A stretch of DNA of 64,000 nt from Paraspadella gotoi (lineage: Eukaryota; Animalia; Chaetognatha), in assembly GCA_051294375.1 (NCBI GenBank), contig CM119267.1, positions 12,239,692 to 12,303,691 on the forward strand, given 5' to 3'. The notes beneath the pieces were generated by a model. The model was not told the origin of the DNA. It saw only the letters and a program-made list of their open reading frames with translations, and made no database searches. Every line of letters starts with the position of its first letter. Within the stretch, counting starts at the first letter, position 1. A program made the translations under genes and the position numbers. Positions 11,391 to 24,004 of this stretch are shown piece by piece.

Positions 11391-11890
11391 CACAACCTTT
11401 CGCACCCTGGCGTCCGCGCGACCAAAAACTTTGGACAAGTCGATTTGTCTGGCCTTCAGTATCGTCGCCACGTGGCCTGAATGGACACGCACGTGCACTC
11501 AATGTCAGCGCCAAAATTAACAAGCAACATCAAGCACCTCTTCAATAATTCCCGAGGTCGAGCGTCGTTTTCAACACTTTCATGTCGATAATATAGGCCC
11601 ACTCCCTGCCTCTTAATGGACACGCCCACTTACTCACGTGCGTTGATCGTTTTACGCGCTCGTCAGAAGCGATCCCTCTTCGCGGCCTTCCTTCAGAATT
11701 GGGTCGCGCGCTTCGGCGTACCTGCAACCGTCACCACGAACCGGGGAAGCCAATATCAGCTCTCCAGACGCGGCAAACGCCTACCGCTCCTCGGCGACTT
11801 GGAGCCAATCGACAAGGAGGAGGAATTTGAGCCACGACCTGTCATCCCTGACGTCAACCAAGTCGACGACAGCGCTGGTTTGGGGGGATC
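11391..11890 (+). pseudogene. degenerate, internally deleted Ty3/Gypsy retrotransposon integrase
   Basis: Manual translation across frameshifts: HNLSHPGVRATK..SRFVWP..W-TRTCTQCQ (HHCC zinc finger); RFQHFHVDNIGPLPAS-NGHAHLLTCVDRFTRSSEAIPL; AFLQNWVARFGVPATVTTNRGSQY (catalytic core, second Asp read as Asn). A DRxKPAY-like remnant follows at about 11765-11785, then a PPT-like GGGGGGA at about 11882. Confidence 0.9.
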
Positions 11891-13548
11891 TTTGGCAACT
11901 CAAATATTTGAACGACGACGAATACAACCGCCGAAAACAACGACGAACCGTTGTGGTTCAGTTAGAATGACCGATTATAACCGACCATGTATGACCTTGT
12001 TATAGCTGACCTTTTCAGCCAATGCAAATACGCAGTTGTCGTTGTAACGATTTTTAGCGTTTTTGCCTTTTTCCCTGTTTTTGGATTATTTCTTCTCTCA
12101 CCAAAAACACGTCTCGAATTTTTCTCCAAATTCTTGTTTTTGAATCACCGCAATGTACATATATAACATATATATAACATATTATATATATCTCTTTCTC
12201 TCTCTCTCCTCTCTCTCATCACTCCGGTGCAAAAATATTCCCCGGGGAAGAAATCCCTTCCATTAGACTTCTTTTAACGTTTTTAGTTTGGAAAAAAATA
12301 AAAAATAGAATAAAATAGTAGTAATGGCAGAAAGCAGACGTCGGCTTAATAACTTCGGGAGTTTTTTTTTTCTTTTTTTTTTTTGCTTTTAGCGTTGGTG
12401 GCTACAGCGAAGCGACGCTAGCAACAAATGGAACTAGAGGACGATGCGGGGAGATTCCGTTGCACGAAAAGGAAAAAAAATGCCATGAAAATGCAGATGT
12501 CGTTTCTAAAGGGAGTTCCGGGTGCAGATCGAAATTCTGCTGAGACAGATGCAAATCAGGGTTGCAGATTACGTCCTTGTTGAGAACTCGAGCGCAAAAT
12601 TAGAGGAACAGATTTTATTAAACCCTTTTAAGTTTCTCTTTTTTTTCTTTCCCTTTGCGTTGAAAACTTGTGCCAATTTATCCAAGTGGCGAAGGCAAGT
12701 CTTTTTTTCCGCTTTCTTGAATGCAAAAAGCCAAGGCCTAACGCGATGCTTCAGGGATACGTTTAAAATTCTTTGAAACAATGGATGTCTAAAATTGTAT
12801 AAAAGGTTTGATTGTGGAGTAAAAATGAGGGAAATAATTAAATTTAATGAGACGTAATACTAAGAAATGGATACGATAAAAAAAGGAAAGAAGCTTCTGT
12901 TAGAAAACTCCGTGCACTGCGACAGTCTAAATAAGAAGCCGGTTGTTTTGGCTCAGATTCTGTGTTTTGGTTTTAATCATTGTTTGTGTTTAGTAACTTC
13001 GTGAATAACTCAAATATGAAAGAGGAGTAAAAAGAGGGAGTAAGAGAGAGAGAAGAAGTATATATATAGTATATATTTAGAGCGCTCGTAAAAGTTAACG
13101 TTTTTGATAATAAAGGTCAAATAAATGTGTCAAAAGCTTAGCATAAAAATTTACTACAATTACTGTTCAAATTTAATAACTGGAAAAACGATTGCAATAA
13201 AATATCATAACTATATCGTGAAACAAAAACAAAGTTTTCATTTTCACACTATAGAAAGAAATTAACCAAGTTCGAGTCAAGATCTAAATGACGAACCCAA
13301 GAGGATTTCCCGCCGTAATACCGGCATTGGAAAAAATGCTGACGTTTTTTTTGAAGTCGCGAGCAGCGACGCCAAAAGATAGATTTCTTTGTCGTCAAGT
13401 GCCGTAAAATTTATTAGTTATCAATAAAAAATATAATTAAAATAACTTAATTAAAAAAGATTTAATAATTTAACCTTAGGGTTTTAGGCGATGCTTATGC
13501 TCAATTTCCAATTAATTCGGCTCAATCACTTTTAGCTATAATATCCCT

Positions 13549-13584
<36 letters not shown>

Positions 13585-13604
13585 TAATAATAATAATAAT
13601 ATAA
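13549..13604. repeat. (TAA)n microsatellite
   Basis: read directly; copy at about 28403-28450. Confidence 0.95.
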
Positions 13605-14124
13605 TCGATCGTTATATTCATGTTTATTGCTCTTTTGACTCTAAAAAATCCTAGCAAGACGTTACTTCTCAACACAACTCAGAAGATGTAAGATGCTTCT
13701 CTTCGTCTCAGCGTTGATTTCCATCCAATGGAAAACCAAGCCACCTCTCCTCGGGCTTACTCAGCTGCCTTCCACCACTCTTTCTCTCTTCCTAATTAAT
13801 CTTTCTCCTTTCTTTCTTTCTTTCTTTCTCTTTTGGTCCTTATTTTTTCCCTTGTTTTAAGTTCCTTTTCTTCGACATAATCTCTCTATCTCTCCTTCCA
13901 TTCTGTCTCTTTCCCTTTCTCCCCCCCTCTCTCTCTCTCTTCTCTCTCTTCTCTCTCTCTCTCTCCTCTCTCTCTCTCTTCCTTCTCTCTCCTCTCTCTC
14001 CCTCTTCTTTCACTGATTTTTGCAATCATATTTTCCAACAGAGTCCGAAAATCAGCCAAATTTAACGAAGCAGTTAAGAACTTATAAGTCTCAGCGTAAA
14101 TATTTAACGATTGTACACACAAAG

Positions 14125-14155
<31 letters not shown>

Positions 14156-14394
14156 GGAGAAGAGAGAGAGAGAGAGACGAGAGAGAGAGAGAGCAGAGAG
14201 TGCGAGAGTCGTTGGAAGGAAAGCTAAGAACGATTGCGAGGGAGATTAAGAAGGGAAGATGAAAGAGAGAGAGAAAATAAGAGAGAGAGAAGAGAGGGAG
14301 GACGAGAGAGAGAGAAGAGAGAAGAGAGAGAAGAGAGAGATGAGAGAGAGAGAAGAGAAGAGAGGAGAGAGAGAGAGAGAGAGAGAGAGAATAT

Positions 14395-15630
14395 TTCTGG
14401 TGGGCGTCCTAATGCGACTGACCCGAATTTGAGTCATAATGACGTGGTTGACGAAGAAAGCCGCTGTTGGGCGCAGGCGTGAAAACTACGTCACGCGCGA
14501 TTAACGTGTTAAAGTTTAAATATTGGTGATCCTCGTCGTTCTCGTCACTGATCACAGAAACCAGACATGGATGAAATTGGGGGTCCCAAAAAGCCCCCCC
14601 CCCCCCCCCCCTGAAAAAAAAAGGGTTTTTTTTTCAAAACATTTCTGGTTCATCGCGTATCTTTCCGTCCTCTCTCACTCAACTCCGCCGCCCTCCTCCC
14701 CCATAACATTTTCCAATCCTTTTTAATCGATGGACCCTCAGCGTTCTTAACCGACTCTAACCCTTGAACCTGAATCTCAAAAACTTTTCAACCGTCGATC
14801 GATCACCCAGCCTAACCCCCCCCCCCCAGTCCTCCTTACCCTCGGCCAAAAACCTGGAAGGAAAGATGGAGGGAGTTCGATCCAACACTGGAACAGACTC
14901 GAGGACGACGATGATACGGACGAATGATGATGATGATGAGATGTTTAGTAAAAGCGTAGAAAAATACTTAAAATCAAGTTAGAATCAAAATTCGAATAGT
15001 AGATCATGAACAGCTTTTTTAAATAAAAAAATATTTAATTTTTCAATTTTCACATCGCCCATATTTATACAAGTACTCACCATAGAAATGTCAAAATTTT
15101 AAAATGTTTTTTTTATTTTTAAAAGCAGATAAAAGTTGCATGAAAGGAAATATAACTCTTTTTAGAAAACTATTTCATAGTGGATCAAAATCCTAAAAAC
15201 TATTATTATTAACACATAATTATAATTTAGTTATAAAAATATGTTTTTAAAATTTTGCTAACTTAATGTAAGAATTTTTGATTATATGAGGAATTTTTAT
15301 GAGGAATTCGAATCTGCTTTCAAAAGCATAGAAATTTTTTTTTTTTAAATTTGAACATTTTCTTTGGTAAGTACTTTGTAAGATATGGGCGTATGCAAAG
15401 ATTTAGAAATTTTAAAAAATTTTTATGTATTAATGTTTGAACTTTTGAAGCATTTTTGTTTGATGTTAATGTTTTGAACATTTTCATTATGTTTGAACAT
15501 TTTCTATGGTAAGTCTATGTATAGATATGGGCGTATGCAAAGAATTTAGAAAATTTTTTAGCAAAATTTGTTTATGTATTAATGTTCTTAGTCAAGACTG
15601 TTGCAATGATTTAACTATTCGAAATTTTGG
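14395..15630 (-). repeat. inverted redundant copy of ~30260-31520 (also 20740-21850)
   Basis: ttctggtgggcgtcct...ctgacccga...tcataatgacgtggttgacgaag is the reverse complement of about 31460-31523; the copy ends at a 25-N gap. Confidence 0.9.
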
Positions 15631-17659
15631 NNNNNNNNNNNNNNNNNNNNNNNNNGAGGACAGGTGAGAGGTAGTTTAAGATCAGCGGGAAGAAGTTGGA
15701 CCTGTGAAATTATTGAAATGAGAGAGAGAGAGAGAGCGGGCCAATGATACGCCTCGATAACTCTGACCGGGAGAGAGCACCCTGCAGCCGGCGATGCGGT
15801 AAGAAGAAATCTTTACATTTTTCTGTATGTTATAACAATTGTTGTTAAATTGTTTTCTCCTAAAATTTCAAAACGCAACGAAAATTATAGTGTTTATAAC
15901 TAACGGATCAGTACTTATATATTAAATATAGCCCTACTGCGGAAAAACTTGTGGCAAGAACATAAATAATTTTTTTAATAAATTAATATTTACCTTGTAT
16001 GACGTAATGGTTGTTTCCATAATTGACATTTAGAACTTTCTTTTATATGTAACTTTTTCACTACGCCTTACTGTACATGCCGCCAGAAAATTAGAAATAG
16101 AGCAGAGACAGTACTGGCCTGGACGAGAGAGAGGAGAGAAAAGAGCCTCTCTGACCTCTAAAAAGAGAATCGACGAGTGAGGATCGACTGAGCAATTGAA
16201 AGAGTGTCAAACTGGACCTTCTTCTTGCTCACCACCGGCAGAACTCCCTCAGAAGATGTTAAGATGCTTCTTTCGTTCTCGGAGTGCGCTAGTCTTGATT
16301 ATCCCCGACCACTCCAATTTTTTTGGCAAAACCCAAGCAACCTCTCCTCGGCCTTTACTCAGTTTGACCCGATAAATCCTACCACTCTTTTTCTTCGTCC
16401 TCTTTTTCCCCTAGAGTTAATCTTTCTCTTTTCTTTCTTCTTTCTTTCTTCTTTCTTTCTTTACTGTTCTCTCTTTCTCTTCTTATCTTTCTTTCTTTCC
16501 TTGTCCTTTCTGTTTCTATATCTTTCTACTTTATAATGGTAAGCGTCCTTATTATTTTCCCTTGTTTTTTTAAGTTCCTTTTCTTCGACATAATCTCTTC
16601 TATCTCTCCTTCCATCTCTGTCTCTTTCCCTTTTCTACCCCCCCTCTCTCTCTCTCGCATCTCTCTCTCTCCCTCTCTATCCTCCTCTCTCTCTAAGACG
16701 AGAATAAAATAAAATTACTTTCGTCGCCCTCTCCCGGGTTCTCCCTTCATATTGATTTTTGCGTTATGTTGTTAGTCTTGTCTATATTTTTCCTTCGAAC
16801 TCAGAGTCCGAACATCAGCTCCAGAATTTTAACGCTGGCATGCTTTATAACTTATAGTAAGTATCAGGCGTTAATACTTACCGAGCACACAACATATGCA
16901 CGAGAAGAATATGAGACAGAGAGATGTTGAGTATAATTTTAAAAGATTCTGAGAGAGAGATAGGAACAGAGATAACCTTCAACTTAGACGATATTATGCA
17001 GGGTCGTTAGAAGAGAGGGTGACGAGATGCGTGCAATGGTTCTATTGCGAGAGGCGTGGAACGGAGGCCACTCGTCATCCTCTGTTCGAAATTCTGCTGA
17101 CCCCGAGAAATAACCAAATTATAAGTCCCCGAGAAAAGAGAGAGAGGGATGTAGATCAATAATAAAAAGATGAGGATCGGATCGATACGATGACGTCTAT
17201 CCTTCTCTCCCTTAGACGCGATGAGAGATGGAGAGAGAGATGAGAGACCATGAGATGAGGTGAAAAGAAAGAGAGAAGAGTAGAGACAGAAATAGTGAGA
17301 GAAAATAACGAAGGTGAGAATAAGCAGGAGAGAAAGTTGAGAGAGAGAGAAAGTAAAATCGAGAAAAGAAGAGAGTCTTGGGATAAAGAAGATGAGTTTG
17401 ATTTGAAGGCTGACGTCTGAGTTAAGAAATTAAGTATCACGCTCGGTTGGGTGAGTGGCTTGATGATGTGACTGGTGCTGGCTGTAGAACTAGAACAGTT
17501 ATGTTGCGGAGTCACGACGGTGATGAGCGTTATTGAACGAAAGCAGNNNNNNNNNNNNNNNNNNNNNNNNNGATGTTGTTCGCTACCATTAAAACCATTA
17601 TTTTTTTTTTGTGTAAAGTGATCTTTCTGAGGAACTTTTAGGTGGAAAAACTGCTACAT

Positions 17660-18940
17660 TAAGAGTGCTCGTAGTAAAATTTCTATGATTGTAAACTTTA
17701 ATTAAAAAATTCTCTAAAAGTGCAAGGACATGAACGAACATAACATTTAAACTAATAAACATTTAATGAAGTAAAAAAATTATAATAAATTTTTAAATAC
17801 AATTTACGACCATGTTAAGGTCTCTATATTCTATACTAATTAGTACTAGTATTCCAAGTAAATGTTTAACAACTTTGTAACAACACAGTTTTTTTTCTAA
17901 TGATTTTTTTGCTAGAAATTCTGGATTCCGTCAGAAAAAAGTGATTTAAAAATAGAAAATACTAACTCTTTAAAAATTCCATGTCATTTAAGATAGGGCC
18001 AAATTATATTAGACCACAAAAAGCTATATTTTTAAGCTTAATGAAAAATTAATTGGTTTTTTTATATTCAAATCAACATATAGTTATTTAATTATAATTA
18101 ACCCACTTAATGATGAATTAATGTAATACCAATTGACTTATAATCCTAATTCTTTTGACGAGCGAATTATCAAAAATTGCAATCACAAAATCATAAGGAA
18201 AAAAAGTCCGGAATGTGATTTATTTCAATTTTATAAGGTTCAAGATACTTTTAGGACCAAAAAACAATTTATTTGTTTTTAATACCTTAATCAAAAAGCA
18301 CGAATATTGTATTGTAAGACATGTTATCGCATCTGAGTTTAAGAATGTCTTCATCAGATTAAGATCAATCTAATTATTTGTTTCTAATCTCTAATTCACA
18401 TTAGCGTTACCGAGAAGATGTGCACGAGAGTAATAGAGATCGATAGAGGGAGTGAATGAGGAGAGACGAGAGACAGAAAATAAGGGAGTTACCAACCAAA
18501 GAATAAGGTTGAGCAAAGAGACAAGTGTGCCGATGGTGTGGACTGAAGTTGTAATAGCGTAAGATCAAGGGGGAAGAAGTTGAGTTGTGAAATTTTGAAA
18601 TGGATAAAGATGAGATTATGAGCAGAGAGAGACAGAAAGGTAAGAGAATTAATGCGTTATATGTTAATTTTGTAATGTGTTATAACAATTTGGTTAAATT
18701 GTTTTTCTCCGCGTAAATTTCAAAAACGCTCAACGAAATTGATTAGCTTATAATACACAGGATATTCACTCATATATAAATAATTAGTATCCATACTGTC
18801 GAAAAATGAAGAACATAAAATAATTTTTCTTTTATAATTATAATATTTAAACTAAGATGCGAAGCTATCCGTTGCATCATAAATGATTCATATTAGAAAT
18901 TTTAAAAATATACCACTGTAACTATTCATCTACGCTCTTA
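17660..18940 (-). mobile_element. hAT-like MITE, long variant, very noisy copy
   Basis: Corrupted termini taag..cgtagtaaaatttct and gtaact..tca.ctacgc.ctta, with internal homology to 32361-33147. Flanks ctg(c)tacat and (t)c(a)tgtacat. A cleaner read of the same junction at 16061 gives ctacgcctta|ctgtacat. Confidence 0.65.
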
Positions 18941-19708
18941 TCATGTACATGGCGGCAGAAAAATATTAGAAACGTAAAAGTGCCTGAGATAGAACATGTA
19001 TAAGCCGATAGGAGAGAGGAGAGACGAGAAAGAGACGGAGGAGAGAGAGAGAGAGAGAGAGTTTCATTGCTCTGCCGACTCAGTACGAATTACCACGATA
19101 ATGTGCCTTCTCGTTATGCTCAACCGGACAAAAAGAAAATGAAATAAAGAGAAAAGATGAATAAGACGTAGGATTATAATTATAATTAAATAGAAATACT
19201 TTTCGTATCGCGCGTCCTTGTGTTGTTGGTTGTCTTCTTCGTCGTGCTTCTTAGATTACCTCTCATGTTTTAAATTTTAAAGCTTAGAACCGATAACCAC
19301 TTCTCAATCGTACATATACATATTATGTCGGGGTATATGCTACTTGAAAGGTCGTCTCGATGTCTCTCATTCATTTGCACTTCTCTTCTCTTCTCCCATA
19401 TACAATTCAGTGTTTAAAATTCTCTCTCTCTCATAACATCTCTTCTACTTTGTTAGTTCGTAGGCTGAATAGGTGCAGCATCAAATAATTCGAATAGTTT
19501 AATCATGAACTCATGAGGAATGAAATAAAATACTTTTTCGTCACTGTCCTTGTTGTTGTCTTCTTCGTCGTCTTCTTAGATACCTCAATGTTTTAATTTA
19601 AAGTTAGAACGATAAACTTCAACTTATATATATCAGGAGTACTTGAGGTAGTCGATGTCTCATCAAGGCACTCTCTCTCTCTCTCTCTGTATCTGTTTGT
19701 GTGTTTAT

Positions 19709-19739
<31 letters not shown>

Positions 19740-20719
19740 CCAAATACAATTCAGGTTTAAAATTCTCTCTCTCTATCTCTCTCTCTACTTTTGTTGCGTA
19801 GTGAAAGTTGCAGATCAAAATTCGAATAGTTAATCATGAACAGTCTTGGACTAAAGAACATTAATACATAAACAATTTTGTAAAAAATTTTCTAAATCTT
19901 TGCATACGCCCATATCTATACATAGTACTTACCATAGAAAATGTTCAAACATTAATGAAAATGTTCAAACATTAACATCAAACAAAATGTTCAAAGTTCA
20001 AACATTAATACATAAAACATTTTTTTAAAAATTTTCTAAATCTTTGCATACGCCCATATCTATACAAAGTACTTACCATAGAAAATGTTCAAATTTAAAA
20101 AAAAAAATTTCTATGTTTTGAAAGCAGATTCGAATTCCTCATAAAAANNNNNNNNNNNNNNNNNNNNNNNNNNNNNNNNNNNNNNNNNNNNNNNNNNNNN
20201 NNNNNNNNNNNNNNNNNNNNNNNNNNNNNNNNNNNNNNNNNNNNNNNNNNNNNNNNNNNNNNNNNNNNNNNNNNNNNNNNNNNNNNNNNNNNNNNNNNNN
20301 NNNNNNNNNNNNNNNNNNNNNNNNNNNNNNNNNNNNNNNNNNNNNNNNNNNNNNNNNNNNNNNNNNTTTTAGGATTTTGATCCACTTAATGAAATAGTTT
20401 TCTAAAAAGAGTTATATTTCCTTTCATCANNNNNNNNNNCGAGGAAGTCAGGAATGAAATAAAATACTTTTTCGTCGCTGTCCTTGTTGTTGTCTTCTTC
20501 GTCGTCTTCTTAGATATCTCAATGTTTTAATTTAAAGTTAGAACGATAAACTTCAACTTATATATATCGGGTGTACTTGAGGTAGTCGATGTCTCATCAA
20601 GGCACTCTCTCTCTCTCTCTGTATCTGTTTGTGTGTTTATTTATCTCTCTCTCTCTCTCTCTCTCTCCCAAATACAATTCAGGTTTAAAATTCTCTCTCT
20701 CTCTCTCTCTACTTTTGTT

Positions 20720-21355
20720 GCGTAGTGAAAGTTGCAGATCAAAATTCGAATAGTTAATCATGAACAGTCTTGGACTAAAGAACATTAATACATAAACAAT
20801 TTTTTAAAAAAATTTCTAAATCTTTGCATACGCCCATATCTATATATAGTACTTACCATAGAAAATGTTCAAACATTAATGAAAATGTTCAAACATTAAC
20901 ATCAAACAAAATGTTCAAACATTAATACATAAAACATTTTTAAAAAAAAATTTTAGAAAATGTTCAAATTTAAAAAAAAAATATTTTCTATGTTTTGAAA
21001 GCAGATTCGAATTCCTCATAAAAATTCCTCATAATAATCAAAAATTCTTACATTAAGTTAGCCAAAAATTTTAAAAACTATATTTTTTATACTAAAATTT
21101 AATTATAGGTTAATAATAATAGTTTTTAGGATTTTGATCCACTTAATGAAATAGTTTTCTAAACAAAGTAATATTTCCTTTCATCAACTTTTTATCTGCT
21201 TTTAAAAATAAGAAAAAAACATTTTAAAACTTTGACATTTTCTATGAGGCGTATGTGAAAATTGAAAAATAAATTTTTTTTTATTTAAAAGCTTGTTCAT
21301 GATCTACTATTCGAATTTTGATTCTACTTGATTTTAATATTTTTGCAACGCTTTA
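20720..21355 (+). mobile_element. older divergent relative of the hAT-like MITE with eroded termini
   Basis: gcgtagtgaaagttgcagatcaaaattcgaatag start; internal gatccacttaatgaa...atatttc...caactttttat block shared with about 32880-32940; redundant copies near 19796, 30236 and 14950-15630(-). Confidence 0.6.
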
Positions 21356-21875
21356 CTAAACATCGTCATCATCATCATCATCATCGTCGTCGTCATCATC
21401 GTCGTCCTCGAGTGTCCAGTGTTGGATCGAACTCCCTCCATCTTTCCTTCCAGGGTTTTTGGCCGAGGTAAGGAGACTGGGGGGGGGGTAGGTGGGGTCG
21501 AGTCGAGTTGAAAAGTGTTTTGAGGATCAGGTCAAGGGTTAAGAGTCGGTGTTAAGAACTGTGAGGGGTCCACGATTAAAAAGGATTGGAAAAATTTTGT
21601 TATGGTGAGGAGGGGGGCGGGCAGTATGAGTGAGAGAGGACGGGAGAGATACGCGATGAACCAGAAAATGTGAACTCAGGCTGACCCCAATTTCATCATG
21701 TCTGGTTTTCTCTGATCAGTGACGAGAACGACGAGGATCACCAATATTTAAACTTTAACGACGTTAATCGCGTGACGTAGTTTTTCACGCCTGCGCCAAC
21801 AGCGGCTTCTTCGTCAACCACGTCATTATGACGTCAATCTCGGGGTCAGTNNNNNNNNNNNNNNNNNNNNNNNNN

Positions 21876-23932
21876 AAGAAAAAAAATATAAAAGAATCGA
21901 ATTTCCAAGAAAAAAGAGTCAAATATTTTTTGACGGGCGTAAATTCATGAAGCAAAGGAAGAAAAATGTTTGGAAAATAAAAATGCTTAAAAAGAAAAAC
22001 CTACGGAGAAATTTGGAAATTGACATTAAATTAGGATTGACAACGATTAAAGTTACAGAAACAGACATTTGGGTGGCAGGGCAATGTATAAATGAATTAG
22101 AAAAAGTACGTTAAGAAAAACATACTTTTAAAAACCCAAAAATATTATAAAAATTATGAAAAACAAAAAATTCCGGATATTCATGGCGAAAACATTGATA
22201 AAAGAGCCAAGCAATGGAAAAAAAGCGGAGAAGGAGCAGAAGAAAACTAAAAATTTTATCGACGGAGGAGTTTTGAGTTTGAGTGAAAAGAAAAGGGCGC
22301 TCACGGCAAAGACCGTCAGCGAGAATGATTTACATCGAGCAAACTCCGCCCCGGGAAATCGACAGGAAATCAAAGCAAAATATCGGCGATAAAAGTCAAC
22401 AATAAGAAAAACAGAAATTTTATGGAATGCCTCTGTTATTGTTGTGTGAAGTTTGGTTGTGTTCCGACGTCTCGTTGTCGTCTATGCGACAGACCCCAAC
22501 GGGACATATTCTCCTACATTTGCCTGAGATTTCGTACGACGACTGTATCTGCTGGACTTGTTAACATTTAGCGGAACCAATGATTCACCGTTCAATAATA
22601 GTGGAAACGACACACACGCAGAGAGTAATACTAACTTAATTAATTTTTAAAAACTAAAAAGGGAAACATCGCCTTTTTTTAGCCACTGTCGTATGCAAAT
22701 TCTATAATTTTTACTCCTGCTATTTGAAATCGCTTTCGTTTCGTCGTGTCGTCGTTTGATGTCATTTCGTCCTCTGACGTCTTCTTCGTCCTCTTTCATT
22801 CGTCTTCTTTTTCGTCTTCTTTTTCGTCATCCGAGATTAAAAATGCGTTCCTTTTTTATTTCCGGAAGAAGATGCCGTCTACTAAGTCGCGCGGTTTCCA
22901 ATTTTCATCCGCCGACTTTCAAATTTTAATTTTTTCATATTTAAATTTTTTCTTCCTTCTTTTTGAGTGAAAGAAATTTTAAGTGCTGAAAGATTCCCTT
23001 CCGTCGAATAATTTCCTTTCCTTTTTATCAAATGCCATTCACCACTATTTTTATATCCTCGCCTATGTTTTTCCTTAAGACGATTTAAAAAATCCGGGAC
23101 CGAATTTTGGGGATCCTATTTTAAGCTTACCCGCGTTAATTAAAAAAGTCTTTTATTTCTGAAAATCGCTAAAAATATTTTTGTGTCAGTTTTTTTTTTA
23201 AACAAGTCTCGGTTTCGTGAACGAAAAGACCTTACGTTCTGGATTGACTGAGCATAAAAAAATAGGTTTTCCACCGACGGAATGAAAGAAATCGTCTCGA
23301 GCGCGAAAACACAAAATACAAGTCTAAAACAAGATTTTTCCCATTTCTCAATTTCAATCTTCAAATTTTGATTCTTTGTGTCGTGATTCCTGTTTTTGTC
23401 GCCCTCGGTTTTCTTTTCATCTCCATCCCATCTCCATCTCCTTCTCTCTCTCCTTTCCTTCCGAAAAACCCGAATCTTTTCTCTTTTCACAAAACCCACA
23501 ACCAGCGAAAGTCTGACTCGGAACGCGACCCAAATCACATGAACCTCAAACCTCGGTTCTTATTATGTGTTATTTCTGGCTTTGTCTCTCTGTCGGTCGG
23601 TTCGGCTCTTCTGCCTTTTAACTTCGTTTTCCATCATTTTTACTTCCATGTTTTTTGGATTTTTTGAGATTTAGTATTTAATATGGTGGGTTAGCTTATC
23701 TGAAATTGATTAATTATCATAATTTTTAAATAAAACCCAATCCTTTTACACATGAAAGCGAATACTAAGAAGTTGTAGTTCCTCGTCTTATTGTCGATTT
23801 TAATTCTCGTTCTTTTGCTTTTTTTTTCGGTTTGCGATAAAAACGCGACGCGAAACGGAATCTTAAGGAACCTCTGGCTTTTAAGAAAATCACCTTGTAT
23901 GGAAGCCACGCTATCTCTCCTCTCTCTCCTCT

Positions 23933-24004
<72 letters not shown>

